DNA of 64,000 nucleotides, taken from contig JAQGDQ010000651.1 in NCBI GenBank assembly GCA_030141605.1, positions 1 to 64,000 of the forward strand, given 5' to 3'. This DNA is from Tubiluchus corallicola (taxonomy: Eukaryota > Animalia > Priapulida). Shown here one piece after another: positions 1 through 15,000 of the stretch. Below the pieces are notes generated by a model, which was not told where the DNA came from, did no database searches, and saw nothing but the letters and a program-made list of their open reading frames with translations. Both the position numbers and the translations under genes were made by a program. How positions within the stretch are numbered: position 1 is the stretch's first letter; every line of letters starts with the position of its first letter.

Positions 1-3000
1 AGATGTTTGGGACTGCTCTAAATGAGTTCTGGTTAGATGTTGTAGTTTTGACTATATATCTCAATAGATGAGAAGAATTGAATCTACGTGTCAAATATTT
101 CAGAATTTTCTAAGTGAATTCTTATTAGGAGTTTCAGGATTTCTGTTGATCTCAACAGATTACTGCGATCAAACGTAAATGCCTTCAGACTAGATGTAGA
201 GGCTTTAGGTTGCATATAGATGCCATCTTACCAAACGGTTGAATATTCCTATCATATGCTTAAGTTTAGGTGTACGTGTCTTCTAACAAGCTAATTGAGG
301 CATTCTGCGCCCTTCAGCCTAAAATAGACGCCATTTTACCAAACGGTTGAGTCTTTCTACCAGATGCTTGGGTTTGGTCATTGGTGTCTTCTAAGAAGCT
401 AATTGAGGCTGCCGGTGTATTTCTCTATCAGACGCACATCTCATTGCCTAGCATTGCCTGTAGAAGCCTTCTGCCATGTACTCTTGAAGGGCAGTACATT
501 TCTTCTGCCCAGATGTTTGAGATTAGTCTGAGTGAATTCTGACTAGATGTTTCGGGTTGTTTGTAGAAGTTTGGGCCTGCTGTAAATGAATTCTGGTTAG
601 ATGCTGTAGTTTTGTCTATATATCTCAATAGATGAGTAGAATTGGATGTGCGTGTCAGATGTTTCAGATTGCTCTAAGTGAGTTCTTATTAGGTGTTTCG
701 GGATTTCTGTAGATCTCAACAGATTACTGCGATCAAACGTAAATGCCTTCAGACATGATGTCGATGTTTTAGGTTGCGTATAGATGCCATTTTACCAAAC
801 GGTTGAGTCTTTCTACCAGATGCTTGGGTTTGGTCATTGATGTCTTCTAAGAAGCTAATTGAAGCTACCGGTGTATTTTTCTATCAGACGCGCATCTCAT
901 TGCCTAATATTGCCTGTACTGGTCGTCTGGCTAGGTATCTGAGATTTGAAATGGATTTCATCTGTCTACATACTAGAGATTGCTTTAAGGGCGTTCTGAC
1001 CAGATGTTTTAGGACCAGATGTTTGAGATTACTCTGAGTGAGTTCTGACTGGATGTTTCGGGTTGTTTGTAGATGTTTGGGACTGCTCTAAATGAGTTCT
1101 GGTTAGATGCTGGTAGTTTTGTCTATATATCTCAATAGCTGAGTAGAATTAAATGTACGTGTCAGATATTTCAGATTGTTCTAAGTGAATTCTTATTAGG
1201 AGTTTCAGGATTTGTGTAGATCTCAACAGATTACTGCGATCAAACGTAAATGCCTTCAGACTTGAAGTAGATGTTTTAGGCTGGCGGGGACTGCTCTAAA
1301 TGAGTTTTGACTAGATGCTGCAGTTCATCTAGATATCTTAATAAATTAATACAATTTGATGTGGATGCCTTCTAACGAGATGTGTGATGTGTTCTCCCAT
1401 TGTATAACATTGCCTGTACAGTTCGTCTGGTTAGGTATCTGAGATTCGAAATAGACTTCACCAGTCTAGATGCTAGAGATTACTCTTAGTGCGTTCTGAC
1501 TAGATGTTTCAGAATGCCTGTATATCTTAGATGTACGTGTCTTCTAACAAGCCAATTGAGGCTTTCTGTGTATTTCCCTATTCAGATGCGTAACATTGCC
1601 TGTAGAAGTCTTCTGCCATATACTTTTGATTGGCAGTACATTTCTTCCTCCCAGATGTTTGAGATTACTTTGAGTGAGTTCTGACTGGATGTTTCGGGTT
1701 GTTTGTAGATGTTTGGGACTGCTCTAAATGAGTTCTGGTTAGATGTTGTAGTTTTGTCTATATATCTCAATAGATGAGTAGAATTGGATGTACATGCCAG
1801 ATATTTCAGATTGTTCTAAGTGAATTCTTATTAGGAGTTTCAGGATTTCTGTTGATCTCAACAGATTACAGCGATCAAACGTAAATGCCTTCAGACTTGA
1901 TGTAGAGGCTTTAGGTTGCGTATAGATGCCATCTTACCAAACGGTTGAATATTCCTATCATATGCTTAAGTTTAGGTGTACGTGTCTTCTAACAAGCTAA
2001 TTGAGGCATTCTGCGCCCTTCAGCCTAAAATAGACGCCATTTTACCAAACGGTTGAGTCTTTCTACCAGATGCTTGGGTTTGGTCATTGGTGTCTTCTAA
2101 GAAGCTAATTGAGGCTGCCGGTGTATTTCTCTATCAGACGCACATCTCATTGCCTAGCATTGCCTGTAGAAGCCTTTTGCCATGTACTCTTGAAGGGCAG
2201 TACATTTCTTCTGCCCAGATGTTTGAGATTAGTCTGAGTGACTTCTGACTAGATGTTTCTACCTACATGTCTGATATTGCTCTATGTGAGTTCTGACTAG
2301 ATGTTTCGGGTTGTTTGTAGATGTTTGGGACTGCTCTAAATGAGTTCTGGTTAGATGTTGTAGTTTTGACTATATATCTCAATAGATGAGAAGAATTGAA
2401 TCTACGTGTCAAATATTTCAGAATTTTCTAAGTGAATTCTTATTAGGAGTTTCAGGATTTCTGTAGATCTCAACAGATTACTGCGATCAAACGTAAATGC
2501 CTTCAGACTTGATGTAGATGCTTTAGGTTGCGTATAGATGGAATCTTACCAAACGGTTGAATATTCCTATCATATGCTTAAGCTTAGGTGTACGTGTCTT
2601 CTAACAAGCTAATTGAGGCATTCTGTGTACTTCCCTGTTCAGATGCTTAACATTGCCTGTAGAAGCCTTCTGCCATGTACTCTTGAAGGGCATTACATTT
2701 CTTCTGCCCAGATGTTTGAGATTAGTCTGAGTGAATTCTGACTAGATGTTTTGGGTTGTTTGTAGAAGTTTGGGACTGCTCTAAATGAATTCTGGTTAGA
2801 TGTTGTAGTTTTGTCTATATATCTCAATAGCTGAGTAGAATTAAATGTACGTGTCAGATATTTCAGATTGTTCTAAGTGAATTCTTATTAGGAGTTTCAG
2901 GATTTGTGTAGATCTCAACAGATTACAGCGATCAAACGTAAATGCCTTCAGACTTGAAGTAGATGTTTTAGGCTGGCGGGGACTGCTCTAAATGAGTTTT

Positions 3001-6000
3001 GACTAGATGCTGCAGTTCATCTAGATATCTTAATAAATTAATACAATTTGATGTGGATGCCTTCTAACGAGATGTGTGATGTGTTCTCTCATTGTATAAC
3101 ATTGCCTGTACAGTTCGTCTGGTTAGGTATCTGAGATTCGAAATAGACTTCACCAGTCTAGATGCTAGAGATTACTCTTAGTGCGTTCTGACTAGATGTT
3201 TGAGATTACTGTGAGTGAGTTCTGACTAGAAGTTTCGGGTTGTTTGTAGATGTTTGGGACTGCTCTAAATGAATTCTGGTTAGATGTTGTAGTTTTGTCT
3301 ATATATCTCAATAGCTGAGTAGAATTAAATGTACGTGTCAGATATTTCAGATTGTTCTAAGTGAATTCTTATTGGGAGTTTCAGTATTTCTGTTGATCTC
3401 AACAGATTACAGCGATCAAACGTAAATGCCTTCAGACTTGATGTAGATGCTTTAGGTTGCGTATAGATGGAATCTTACCAAACGGTTGAATATTCCTATC
3501 ATATGCTTAAGCTTAGGTGTACGTGTCTTCTAACAAGCTAATTGAGGCATTCTGTGTACTTCCCTGTTCAGATGCTTAACATTGCCTGTAGAAGCCTTCT
3601 GCCATGTACTCTTGAAGGGCAGTACATTTCTTCTGCCCAGATGTTTGAGATTAGTCTGAGTGACTTCTGACTAGATGTTTCTACCTACATGTCTGATATT
3701 GCTCTATGTGAGTTCTGACTAGATGTTTCGGGTTGTTTGTAGATGTTTGGGACTGCTCTAAATGAGTTCTGGTTAGATGTTGTAGTTTTGTCTATATATC
3801 TCAATAGATGAGTAGAATTGGATGTACGTGTCAGATATTTCAGATTGTTCTAAGTGAATTCTTATTAGGAGTTTCAGGATTTCTGTTGATCTCAACAGAT
3901 TACAGCGATCAAACGTAAATGCCTTCAGACTTGATGTAGAGGCTTTAGGTTGCGTATAGATGCCATCTTACCAAACGGTTGAATATTCCTATCATATGCT
4001 TAAGTTTAGGTGTACGTGTCTTCTAACAAGCTAATTGAGGCATTCTGCGCCCTTCAGCCTAAAATAGACGCCATTTTACCAAACGGTTGAGTCTTTCTAC
4101 CAGATGCTTGGGTTTGGTCATTGGTGTCTTCTAAGAAGCTAATTGAGGCTGCCGGTGTATTTCTCTATCAGACGCACATCTCATTGCCTAGCATTGCCTG
4201 TAGAAGCCTTTTGCCATGTACTCTTGAAGGGCAGTACATTTCTTCTGCCCAGATGTTTGAGATTAGTCTGAGTGACTTCTGACTAGATGTTTCTACCTAC
4301 ATGTCTGATATTGCTCTATGTGAGTTCTATGTGAGTGCGTATAGATGGAATCTTACCAAACGGTTGAATATTCCTATCATATGCTTAAGTTTAGGTGTAC
4401 GTGTCTTCTAACAAGCTAATTGAGGCATTCTGTGTACTTCCCTGTTCAGATGCTTAACATTGCCTGTAGAAGCCTTCTGCCATGTACTCTTGAAGGGCAT
4501 TACATTTCTTCTGCCCAGATGTTTGAGATTAGTCTGAGTGAATTCTGACTAGATGTTTCGGGTTGTTTGTAGAAGTTTGGGCCTGCTGTAAATGAATTCT
4601 GGTTAGATGCTGTAGTTTTGTCTATATATCTCAATAGATGAGTAGAATTGGATGTGCGTGTCAGATGTTTCAGATTGCTCTAAGTGAGTTCTTATTAGGT
4701 GTTTCGGGATTTCTGTAGATCTCAACAGATTACTGCGATCAAACGTAAATGCCTTCAGACATGATGTCGATGTTTTAGGTTGCGTATAGATGCCATCTTA
4801 CCAAACGGTTAAAACTTCCTACTAGATGCTTGGGTTTGGTCATTGATGTCTTCTAAGAAGCTAATTGAAGCTACCGGTGTATTTTTCTATCAGACGCACA
4901 TCTCATTGCCTAATATTGCCTGTACTGGTCCTCTGGCTAGGTATCTGAGATTTGAAATGGATTTCATCTGTCTACATGCTAGAGATTGCTTTAAGGGCGT
5001 TCTGACCAGATGTTTTAGGACCAGATGTTTGAGATTACTCTGAGTGAGTTCTGACTAGAAGTTTCGGGTGGCTTGTAGAAGTTTGGGCCTGCTCTAAATG
5101 AATTCTGGTTAGATGCTGGTAGTTTTGTCTATATATCTCAATAGCTGAGTAGAATTAAATGTACGTGTCAGATATTTCAGATTGTTCTAAGTGAATTCTT
5201 ATTAGGAGTTTCAGGATTTGTGTAGATCTCAACAGATTACTGCGATCAAACGTAAATGCCTTCAGACTTGAAGTAGATGTTTTAGGCTGGCGGGGACTGC
5301 TCTAAATGAGTTTTGACTAGATGCTGCAGTTCATCTAGATATCTTAATAAATTAATACAATTTGATGTGGATGCCTTCTAACGAGATGTGTGATGTGTTC
5401 TCTCATTGTATAACATTGCCTGTACAGTTCGTCTGGTTAGGTATCTGAGATTCGAAATAGACTTCACCAGTCTAGATGCTAGAGATTACTCTAAGTGCGT
5501 TCTGACTAGATGTTTCAGGATGCCTGTATATCTTAGATGTATGTGTCTTCTAACAAGCCAATTGAGGCATTCTGTGTATTTCCCTATTCAGATGCGTAAC
5601 ATTGCCTGTAGAAGCCTTCTGCCATGTACTCTTGAAGGGCAGTACATTTCTTCTGCCCAGATGTTTGAGATTAGTCTGAGTGACTTCTGACTAGATGTTT
5701 CTACCTACATGTCTGATATTGCTCTATGTGAGTTCTGACTAGATGTTTCGGGTTGTTTGTAGATGTTTGGGACTGCTCTAAATGAGTTCTGGTTAGATGT
5801 TGTAGTTTTGTCTATATATCTCAATAGATGAGTAGAATTGGATGTACATGCCAGATATTTCAGATTGTTCTAAGTGAATTCTTATTAGGAGTTTCAGGAT
5901 TTCTGTTGATCTCAACAGATTACAGCGATCAAACGTAAATGCCTTCAGACTTGATGTAGAGGCTTTAGGTTGCGTATAGATGCCATCTTACCAAACGGTT

Positions 6001-9000
6001 GAATATTCCTATCATATGCTTAAGTTTAGGTGTACGTGTCTTCTAACAAGCTAATTGAGGCATTCGGCGCCCTTCAGCCTAAAATAGACGCCATTTTACC
6101 AAACGGTTGAGTCTTTCTACCAGATGCTTGGGTTTGGTCATTGGTGTCTTCTAAGAAGCTAATTGAGGCTGCCGGTGTATTTCTCTATCAGACGCACATC
6201 TCATTGCCTAGCATTGCCTGTAGAAGCCTTTTGCCATGTGCTCTTGAAGGGCAGTACATTTCTTCTGCCCAGATGTTTGAGATTAGTCTGAGTGACTTCT
6301 GACTAGATGTTTCTACCTACATGTCTGATATTGCTCTATGTGAGTTCTGACTAGATGTTTCGGGTTGTTTGTAGATGTTTGGGACTGCTCTAAATGAGTT
6401 CTGGTTAGATGTTGTAGTTTTGTCTATATATCTCAATAGCTGAGTAGAATTAAATGTACGTGTCAGATATTTCAGATTGTTCTAAGTGAATTCTTATTAG
6501 GAGTTTCAGGATTTGTGTAGATCTCAACAGATTACAGCGATCAAACGTAAATGCCTTCAGACTTGAAGTAGATGTTTTAGGCTGGCGGGGACTGCTCTAA
6601 ATGAGTTTTGACTAGATGCTGCAGTTCATCTAGATATCTTAATAAATTAATACAATTTGATGTGGATGCCTTCTAACGAGATGTGTGATGTGTTCTCCCA
6701 TTGTATAACATTGCCTGTACAGTTCGTCTGGTTAGGTATCTGAGATTCGAAATAGACTTCACCAGTCTAGATGCTAGAGATTACTGTGAGTGAGTTCTGA
6801 CTAGATGTTTGAGATTACTGTGAGTGAGTTCTGACTAGAAGTTTCGGGTTGTTTGTAGATGTTTGGGACTGCTCTAAATGAATTCTGGTTAGATGTTGTA
6901 GTTTTGACTATATATCTCAATAGCTGAGTAGAATTAAATGTACGTGTCAAATATTTCAGAATTTTCTAAGTGAATTCTTATTAGGAGTTTCAGGATTTCT
7001 GTAGATCTCAACAGATTACTGCGATCAAACGTAAATGCCTTCAGACTTGATGTAGATGCTTTAGGTTGCGTATAGATGGAATCTTACCAAACGGTTGAAT
7101 ATTCCTATCATATGCTTAAGCTTAGGTGTACGTGTCTTCTAACAAGCTAATTGAGGCATTCTGTGTACTTCCCTGTTCAGATGCTTAACATTGCCTGTAG
7201 AAGCCTTCTGCCATGTACTCTTGAAGGGCAGTACATTTCTTCTGCCCAGATGTTTGAGATTAGTCTGAGTGACTTCTGACTAGATGTTTCTACCTACATG
7301 TCTGATATTGCTCTATGTGAGTTCTGACTAGAAGTTTCGGGTTGTTTGTAGATGTTTGGGACTGCTCTAAATGAGTTCTGGTTAGATGTTGTAGTTTTGA
7401 CTATATATCTCAATAGATGAGAAGAATTGAATCTACGTGTCAAATATTTCAGAATTTTCTAAGTGAATTCTTATTAGGAGTTTCAGGATTTCTGTAGATC
7501 TCAACAGATTACTGCGATCAAACGTAAATGCCTTCAGACTTGATGTAGAGGCTTTAGGTTGCGTATAGATGCCATCTTACCAAACGGTTGAATATTCCTA
7601 TCATATGCTTAAGTTTAGGTGTACGTGTCTTCTAACAAGCTAATTGAGGCATTCTGCGCCCTTCAGCCTAAAATAGACGCCATTTTACCAAACGGTTGAG
7701 TCTTTCTACCAGATGCTTGGGTTTGGTCATTGGTGTCTTCTAAGAAGCTAATTGAGGCTGCCGGTGTATTTCTCTATCAGACGCACATCTCATTGCCTAG
7801 CATTGCCTGTAGAAGCCTTTTGCCATGTACTCTTGAAGGGCATTACATTTCTTCTGCCCAGATGTTTGAGATTAGTCTGAGTGACTTCTGACTAGATGTT
7901 TCTACCTACATGTCTGATATTGCTCTATGTGAGTTCTATGTGAGTGCGTATAGATGGAATCTTACCAAACGGTTGAATATTCCTATCATATGCTTAAGCT
8001 TAGGTGTACGTGTCTTCTAACAAGCTAATTGAGGCATTCTGTGTACTTCCCTGTTCAGATGCTTAACATTGCCTGTAGAAGCCTTCTGCCATGTACTCTT
8101 GAAGGGCATTACATTTCTTCTGCCCAGATGTTTGAGATTAGTCTGAGTGATTCTGACTAGATGTTTCGGGTTGTTTGTAGAAGTTTGGGCCTGCTGTAAA
8201 TGAATTCTGGTTAGATGCTGTAGTTTTGTCTATATATCTCAATAGATGAGTAGAATTGGATGTGCGTGTCAGATGTTTCAGATTGCTCTAAGTGAGTTCT
8301 TATTAGGTGTTTCGGGATTTCTGTAGATCTCAACAGATTACTGCGATCAAACGTAAATGCCTTCAGACATGATGTCGATGTTTTAGGTTGCGTATAGATG
8401 CCATCTTACCAAACGGTTAAAACTTCCTACTAGATGCTTGGGTTTGGTCATTGATGTCTTCTAAGAAGCTAATTGAAGCTACCGGTGTATTTTTCTATCA
8501 GACGCACATCTCATTGCCTAATATTGCCTGTACTGGTCCTCTGGCTAGGTATCTGAGATTTGAAATGGATTTCATCTGTCTACATGCTAGAGATTGCTTT
8601 AAGGGCGTTCTGACCAGATGTTTTAGGACCAGATGTTTGAGATTACTCTGAGTGAGTTCTGACTAGAAGTTTCGGGTGGCTTGTAGATGTTTGGGACTGC
8701 TCTAAATGAATTCTGGTTAGATGCTGGTAGTTTTGTCTATATATCTCAATAGCTGAGTAGAATTAAATGTACGTGTCAGATATTTCAGATTGTTCTAAGT
8801 GAATTCTTATTAGGAGTTTCAGGATTTGTGTAGATCTCAACAGATTACTGCGATCAAACGTAAATGCCTTCAGACTTGAAGTAGATGTTTTAGGCTGGCG
8901 GGGACTGCTCTAAATGAGTTTTGACTAGATGCTGCAGTTCATCTAGATATCTTAATAAATTAATACAATTTGATGTGGATGCCTTCTAACGAGATGTGTG

Positions 9001-12000
9001 ATGTGTTCTCTCATTGTATAACATTGCCTGTACAGTTCGTCTGGTTAGGTATCTGAGATTCGAAATAGACTTCACCAGTCTAGATGCTAGAGATTACTCT
9101 AAGTGCGTTCTGACTAGATGTTTCAGGATGCCTGTATATCTTAGATGTACGTGTCTTCTAACAAGCCAATTGAGGCTTTCTGTGTATTTCCCTATTCAGA
9201 TGCGTAACATTGCCTGTAGAAGTCTTCTGCCATATACTTTTGATTGGCAGTACATTTCTTCCTCCCAGATGTTTGAGATTACTTTGAGTGAGTTCTGACT
9301 GGATGTTTCGGGTTGTTTGTAGATGTTTGGGACTGCTCTAAATGAGTTCTGGTTAGATGTTGTAGTTTTGTCTATATATCTCAATAGATGAGTAGAATTG
9401 GATGTACATGCCAGATATTTCAGATTGTTCTAAGTGAATTCTTATTAGGAGTTTCAGGATTTCTGTTGATCTCAACAGATTACAGCGATCAAACGTAAAT
9501 GCCTTCAGACTTGATGTAGAGGCTTTAGGTTGCGTATAGATGCCATCTTACCAAACGGTTGAATATTCCTATCATATGCTTAAGTTTAGGTGTACGTGTC
9601 TTCTAACAAGCTAATTGAGGCATTCTGCGCCCTTCAGCCTAAAATAGACGCCATTTTACCAAACGGTTGAGTCTTTCTACCAGATGCTTGGGTTTGGTCA
9701 TTGGTGTCTTCTAAGAAGCTAATTGAGGCTGCCGGTGTATTTCTCTATCAGACGCACATCTCATTGCCTAGCATTGCCTGTAGAAGCCTTTTGCCATGTA
9801 CTCTTGAAGGGCAGTACATTTCTTCTGCCCAGATGTTTGAGATTAGTCTGAGTGACTTCTGACTAGATGTTTCTACCTACATGTCTGATATTGCTCTATG
9901 TGAGTTCTGACTAGATGTTTCGGGTTGTTTGTAGATGTTTGGGACTGCTCTAAATGAATTCTGGTTAGATGTTGTAGTTTTGTCTATATATCTCAATAGC
10001 TGAGTAGAATTAAATGTACGTGTCAGATATTTCAGATTGTTCTAAGTGAATTCTTATTAGGAGTTTCAGGATTTGTGTAGATCTCAACAGATTACAGCGA
10101 TCAAACGTAAATGCCTTCAGACTTGAAGTAGATGTTTTAGGCTGGCGGGGACTGCTCTAAATGAGTTTTGACTAGATGCTGCAGTTCATCTAGATATCTT
10201 AATAAATTAATACAATTTGATGTGGATGCCTTCTAACGAGATGTGTGATGTGTTCTCCCATTGTATAACATTGCCTGTACAGTTCGTCTGGTTAGGTATC
10301 TGAGATTCGAAATAGACTTCACCAGTCTAGATGCTAGAGATTACTCTTAGTGCGTTCTGACTAGATGTTTGAGATTACTGTGAGTGAGTTCTGACTAGAT
10401 GTTTCGGGTTGTTTGTAGATGTTTGGGACTGCTCTAAATGAATTCTGGTTAGATGTTGTAGTTTTGTCTATATATCTCAATAGCTGAGTAGAATTAAATG
10501 TACGTGTCAGATATTTCAGATTGTTCTAAGTGAATTCTTATTAGGAGTTTCAGGATTTGTGTAGATCTCAACAGATTACAGCGATCAAACGTAAATGCCT
10601 TCAGACTTGATGTAGATGCTTTAGGTTGCGTATAGATGGAATCTTACCAAACGGTTGAATATTCCTATCATATGCTTAAGCTTAGGTGTACGTGTCTTCT
10701 AACAAGCTAATTGAGGCATTCTGTGTACTTCCCTGTTCAGATGCTTAACATTGCCTGTAGAAGCCTTCTGCCATGTACTCTTGAAGGGCATTACATTTCT
10801 TCTGCCCAGATGTTTGAGATTAGTCTGAGTGAATTCTGACTAGATGTTTCGGGTTGTTTGTAGAAGTTTGGGCCTGCTGTAAATGAATTCTGGTTAGATG
10901 TTGTAGTTTTGTCTATATATCTCAATAGATGAGTAGAATTGGATGTGCGTGTCAGATGTTTCAGATTGTTCTAAGTGAATTCTTATTAGGAGTTTCAGGA
11001 TTTGTGTAGATCTCAACAGATTACAGCGATCAAACGTAAATGCCTTCAGACTTGATGTAGATGTTTTAGGTTGCGTATAGATGCCATTTTACCAAACGGT
11101 TGTGTCTTTCTACCATATGCTTAAGTTTAGGTGTACGTGTCTTCTAACAAGCTAATTGAGGCTTTCTGTGTACTTCAGCCTAAAATAGACGCCATTTTAC
11201 CAAACGGTTGAGTCTTTCTACCAGATGCTTGGGTTTGGTCATTGGTGTCTTCTAAGAAGCTAATTGAGGCTGCCGGTGTATTTCTCTATCAGACGCACAT
11301 CTCATTGCCTAGCATTGCCTGTAGAAGCCTTTTGCCATGTACTCTTGAAGGGCAGTACATTTCTTCTGCCCAGATGTTTGAGATTAGTCTGAGTGACTTC
11401 TGACTAGATGTTTCTACCTACATGTCTGATATTGCTCTATGTGAGTTGTGACTAGATGTTTCGGGTTGTTTGTAGATGTTTGGGACTGCTCTAAATGAAT
11501 TCTGGTTAGATGTTGTAGTTTTGTCTATATATCTCAATAGCTGAGTAGAATTAAATGTACGTGTCAGATATTTCAGATTGTTCTAAGTGAATTCTTATTA
11601 GGAGTTTCAGGATTTGTGTAGATCTCAACAGATTACAGCGATCAAACGTAAATGCCTTCAGACTTGAAGTAGATGTTTTAGGCTGGCGGGGACTGCTCTA
11701 AATGAGTTTTGACTAGATGCTGCAGTTCATCTAGATATCTTAATAAATTAATACAATTTGATGTGGATGCCTTCTAACGAGATGTGTGATGTGTTCTCCC
11801 ATTGTATAACATTGCCTGTACAGTTCGTCTGGTTAGGTATCTGAGATTCGAAATAGACTTCACCAGTCTAGATGCTAGAGATTACTCTTAGTGCGTTCTG
11901 ACTAGATGTTTGAGATTACTGTGAGTGAGTTCTGACTAGAAGTTTCGGGTTGTTTGTAGATGTTTGGGACTGCTCTAAATGAATTCTGGTTAGATGTTGT

Positions 12001-15000
12001 AGTTTTGTCTATATATCTCAATAGCTGAGTAGAATTAAATGTACGTGTCAAATATTTCAGAATTTTCTAAGTGAATTCTTATTAGGAGTTTCAGGATTTC
12101 TGTAGATCTCAACAGATTACTGCGATCAAACGTAAATGCCTTCAGACTTGATGTAGATGCTTTAGGTTGCGTATAGATGGAATCTTACCAAACGGTTGAA
12201 TATTCCTATCATATGCTTAAGCTTAGGTGTACGTGTCTTCTAACAAGCTAATTGAGGCATTCTGTGTACTTCCCTGTTCAGATGCTTAACATTGCCTGTA
12301 GAAGCCTTCTGCCATGTACTCTTGAAGGGCATTACATTTCTTCTGCCCAGATGTTTGAGATTACTTTGAGTGAGTTCTGACTGGATGTTTCGGGTTGTTT
12401 GTAGATGTTTGGGACTGCTCTAAATGAGTTCTGGTTAGATGTTGTAGTTTTGTCTATATATCTCAATAGATGAGTAGAATTGGATGTACATGCCAGATAT
12501 TTCAGATTGTTCTAAGTGAATTCTTATTAGGAGTTTCAGGATTTCTGTTGATCTCAACAGATTACTGCGATCAAACGTAAATGCCTTCAGACTTGATGTA
12601 GAGGCTTTAGGTTGCGTATAGATGCCATCTTACCAAACGGTTGAATATTCCTATCATATGCTTAAGTTTAGGTGTACGTGTCTTCTAACAAGCTAATTGA
12701 GGCATTCTGCGCCCTTCAGCCTAAAATAGACGCCATTTTACCAAACGGTTGAGTCTTTCTACCAGATGCTTGGGTTTGGTCATTGGTGTCTTCTAAGAAG
12801 CTAATTGAGGCTGCCGGTGTATTTCTCTATCAGACGCACATCTCATTGCCTAGCATTGCCTGTAGAAGCCTTTTGCCATGTACTCTTGAAGGGCAGTACA
12901 TTTCTTCTGCCCAGATGTTTGAGATTAGTCTGAGTGACTTCTGACTAGATGTTTCTACCTACATGTCTGATATTGCTCTATGTGAGTTCTGACTAGATGT
13001 TTCGGGTTGTTTGTAGATGTTTGGGACTGCTCTAAATGAGTTCTGGTTAGATGTTGTAGTTTTGACTATATATCTCAATAGATGAGAAGAATTGAATCTA
13101 CGTGTCAAATATTTCAGAATTTTCTAAGTGAATTCTTATTAGGAGTTTCAGGATTTCTGTAGATCTCAACAGATTACTGCGATCAAACGTAAATGCCTTC
13201 AGACTTGATGTAGATGCTTTAGGTTGCGTATAGATGGAATCTTACCAAACGGTTGAATATTCCTATCATATGCTTAAGCTTAGGTGTACGTGTCTTCTAA
13301 CAAGCTAATTGAGGCATTCTGTGTACTTCCCTGTTCAGATGCTTAACATTGCCTGTAGAAGCCTTCTGCCATGTACTCTTGAAGGGCATTACATTTCTTC
13401 TGCCCAGATGTTTGAGATTAGTCTGAGTGAATTCTGACTAGATGTTTCGGGTTGTTTGTAGAAGTTTGGGCCTGCTGTAAATGAATTCTGGTTAGATGCT
13501 GTAGTTTTGTCTATATATCTCAATAGATGAGTAGAATTGGATGTGCGTGTCAGATGTTTCAGATTGCTCTAAGTGAGTTCTTATTAGGTGTTTCGGGATT
13601 TCTGTAGATCTCAACAGATTACTGCGATCAAACGTAAATGCCTTCAGACATGATGTCGATGTTTTAGGTTGCGTATAGATGCCATCTTACCAAACGGTTA
13701 AAACTTCCTACTAGATGCTTGGGTTTGGTCATTGATGTCTTCTAAGAAGCTAATTGAAGCTACCGGTGTATTTTTCTATCAGACGCACATCTCATTGCCT
13801 AATATTGCCTGTACTGGTCCTCTGGCTAGGTATCTGAGATTTGAAATGGATTTCATCTGTCTACATGCTAGAGATTGCTTTAAGGGCGTTCTGACCAGAT
13901 GTTTTAGGACCAGATGTTTGAGATTACTCTGAGTGAGTTCTGACTAGAAGTTTCGGGTGGCTTGTAGAAGTTTGGGCCTGCTCTAAATGAATTCTGGTTA
14001 GATGCTGTAGTTTTGTCTATATATCTCAATAGATGAGTAGAATTGGATGTACATGCCAGATATTTCAGATTGTTCTAAGTGAATTCTTATTAGGAGTTTC
14101 AGGATTTCTGTTGATCTCAACAGATTACAGCGATCAAACGTAAATGCCTTCAGACTTGATGTAGAGGCTTTAGGTTGCGTATAGATGCCATCTTACCAAA
14201 CGGTTGAATATTCCTATCATATGCTTAAGTTTAGGTGTACGTGTCTTCTAACAAGCTAATTGAGGCATTCTGCGCCCTTCAGCCTAAAATAGATGCCATC
14301 TTACCAAACGGTTGAGTCTTTCTACCAGATGCTTGGGTTTGGTCATTGGTGTCTTCTAAGAAGCTAATTGAGGCTGCCGGTGTATTTCTCTATCAGACGC
14401 ACATCTCATTGCCTAGCATTGCCTGTAGAAGCCTTTTGCCATGTACTCTTGAAGGGCAGTACATTTCTTCTGCCCAGATGTTTGAGATTAGTCTGAGTGA
14501 CTTCTGACTAGATGTTTCTACCTACATGTCTGATATTGCTCTATGTGAGTTCTGACTAGATGTTTCGGGTTGTTTGTAGATGTTTGGGACTGCTCTAAAT
14601 GAGTTCTGGTTAGATGTTGTGTGAATTCTTATTAGGAGTTTCAGGATTTCTGTTGATCTCAACAGATTACAGCGATCAAACGTAAATGCCTTCAGACTTG
14701 ATGTAGAGGCTTTAGGTTGCGTATAGATGCCATCTTACCAAACGGTTGAATATTCCTATCATATGCTTAAGTTTAGGTGTACGTGTCTTCTAACAAGCTA
14801 ATTGAGGCATTCTGCGCCCTTCAGCCTAAAATAGACGCCATTTTACCAAACGGTTGAGTCTTTCTACCAGATGCTTGGGTTTGGTCATTGGTGTCTTCTA
14901 AGAAGCTAATTGAGGCTGCCGGTGTATTTCTCTATCAGACGCACATCTCATTGCCTAGCATTGCCTGTAGAAGCCTTTTGCCATGTACTCTTGAAGGGCA

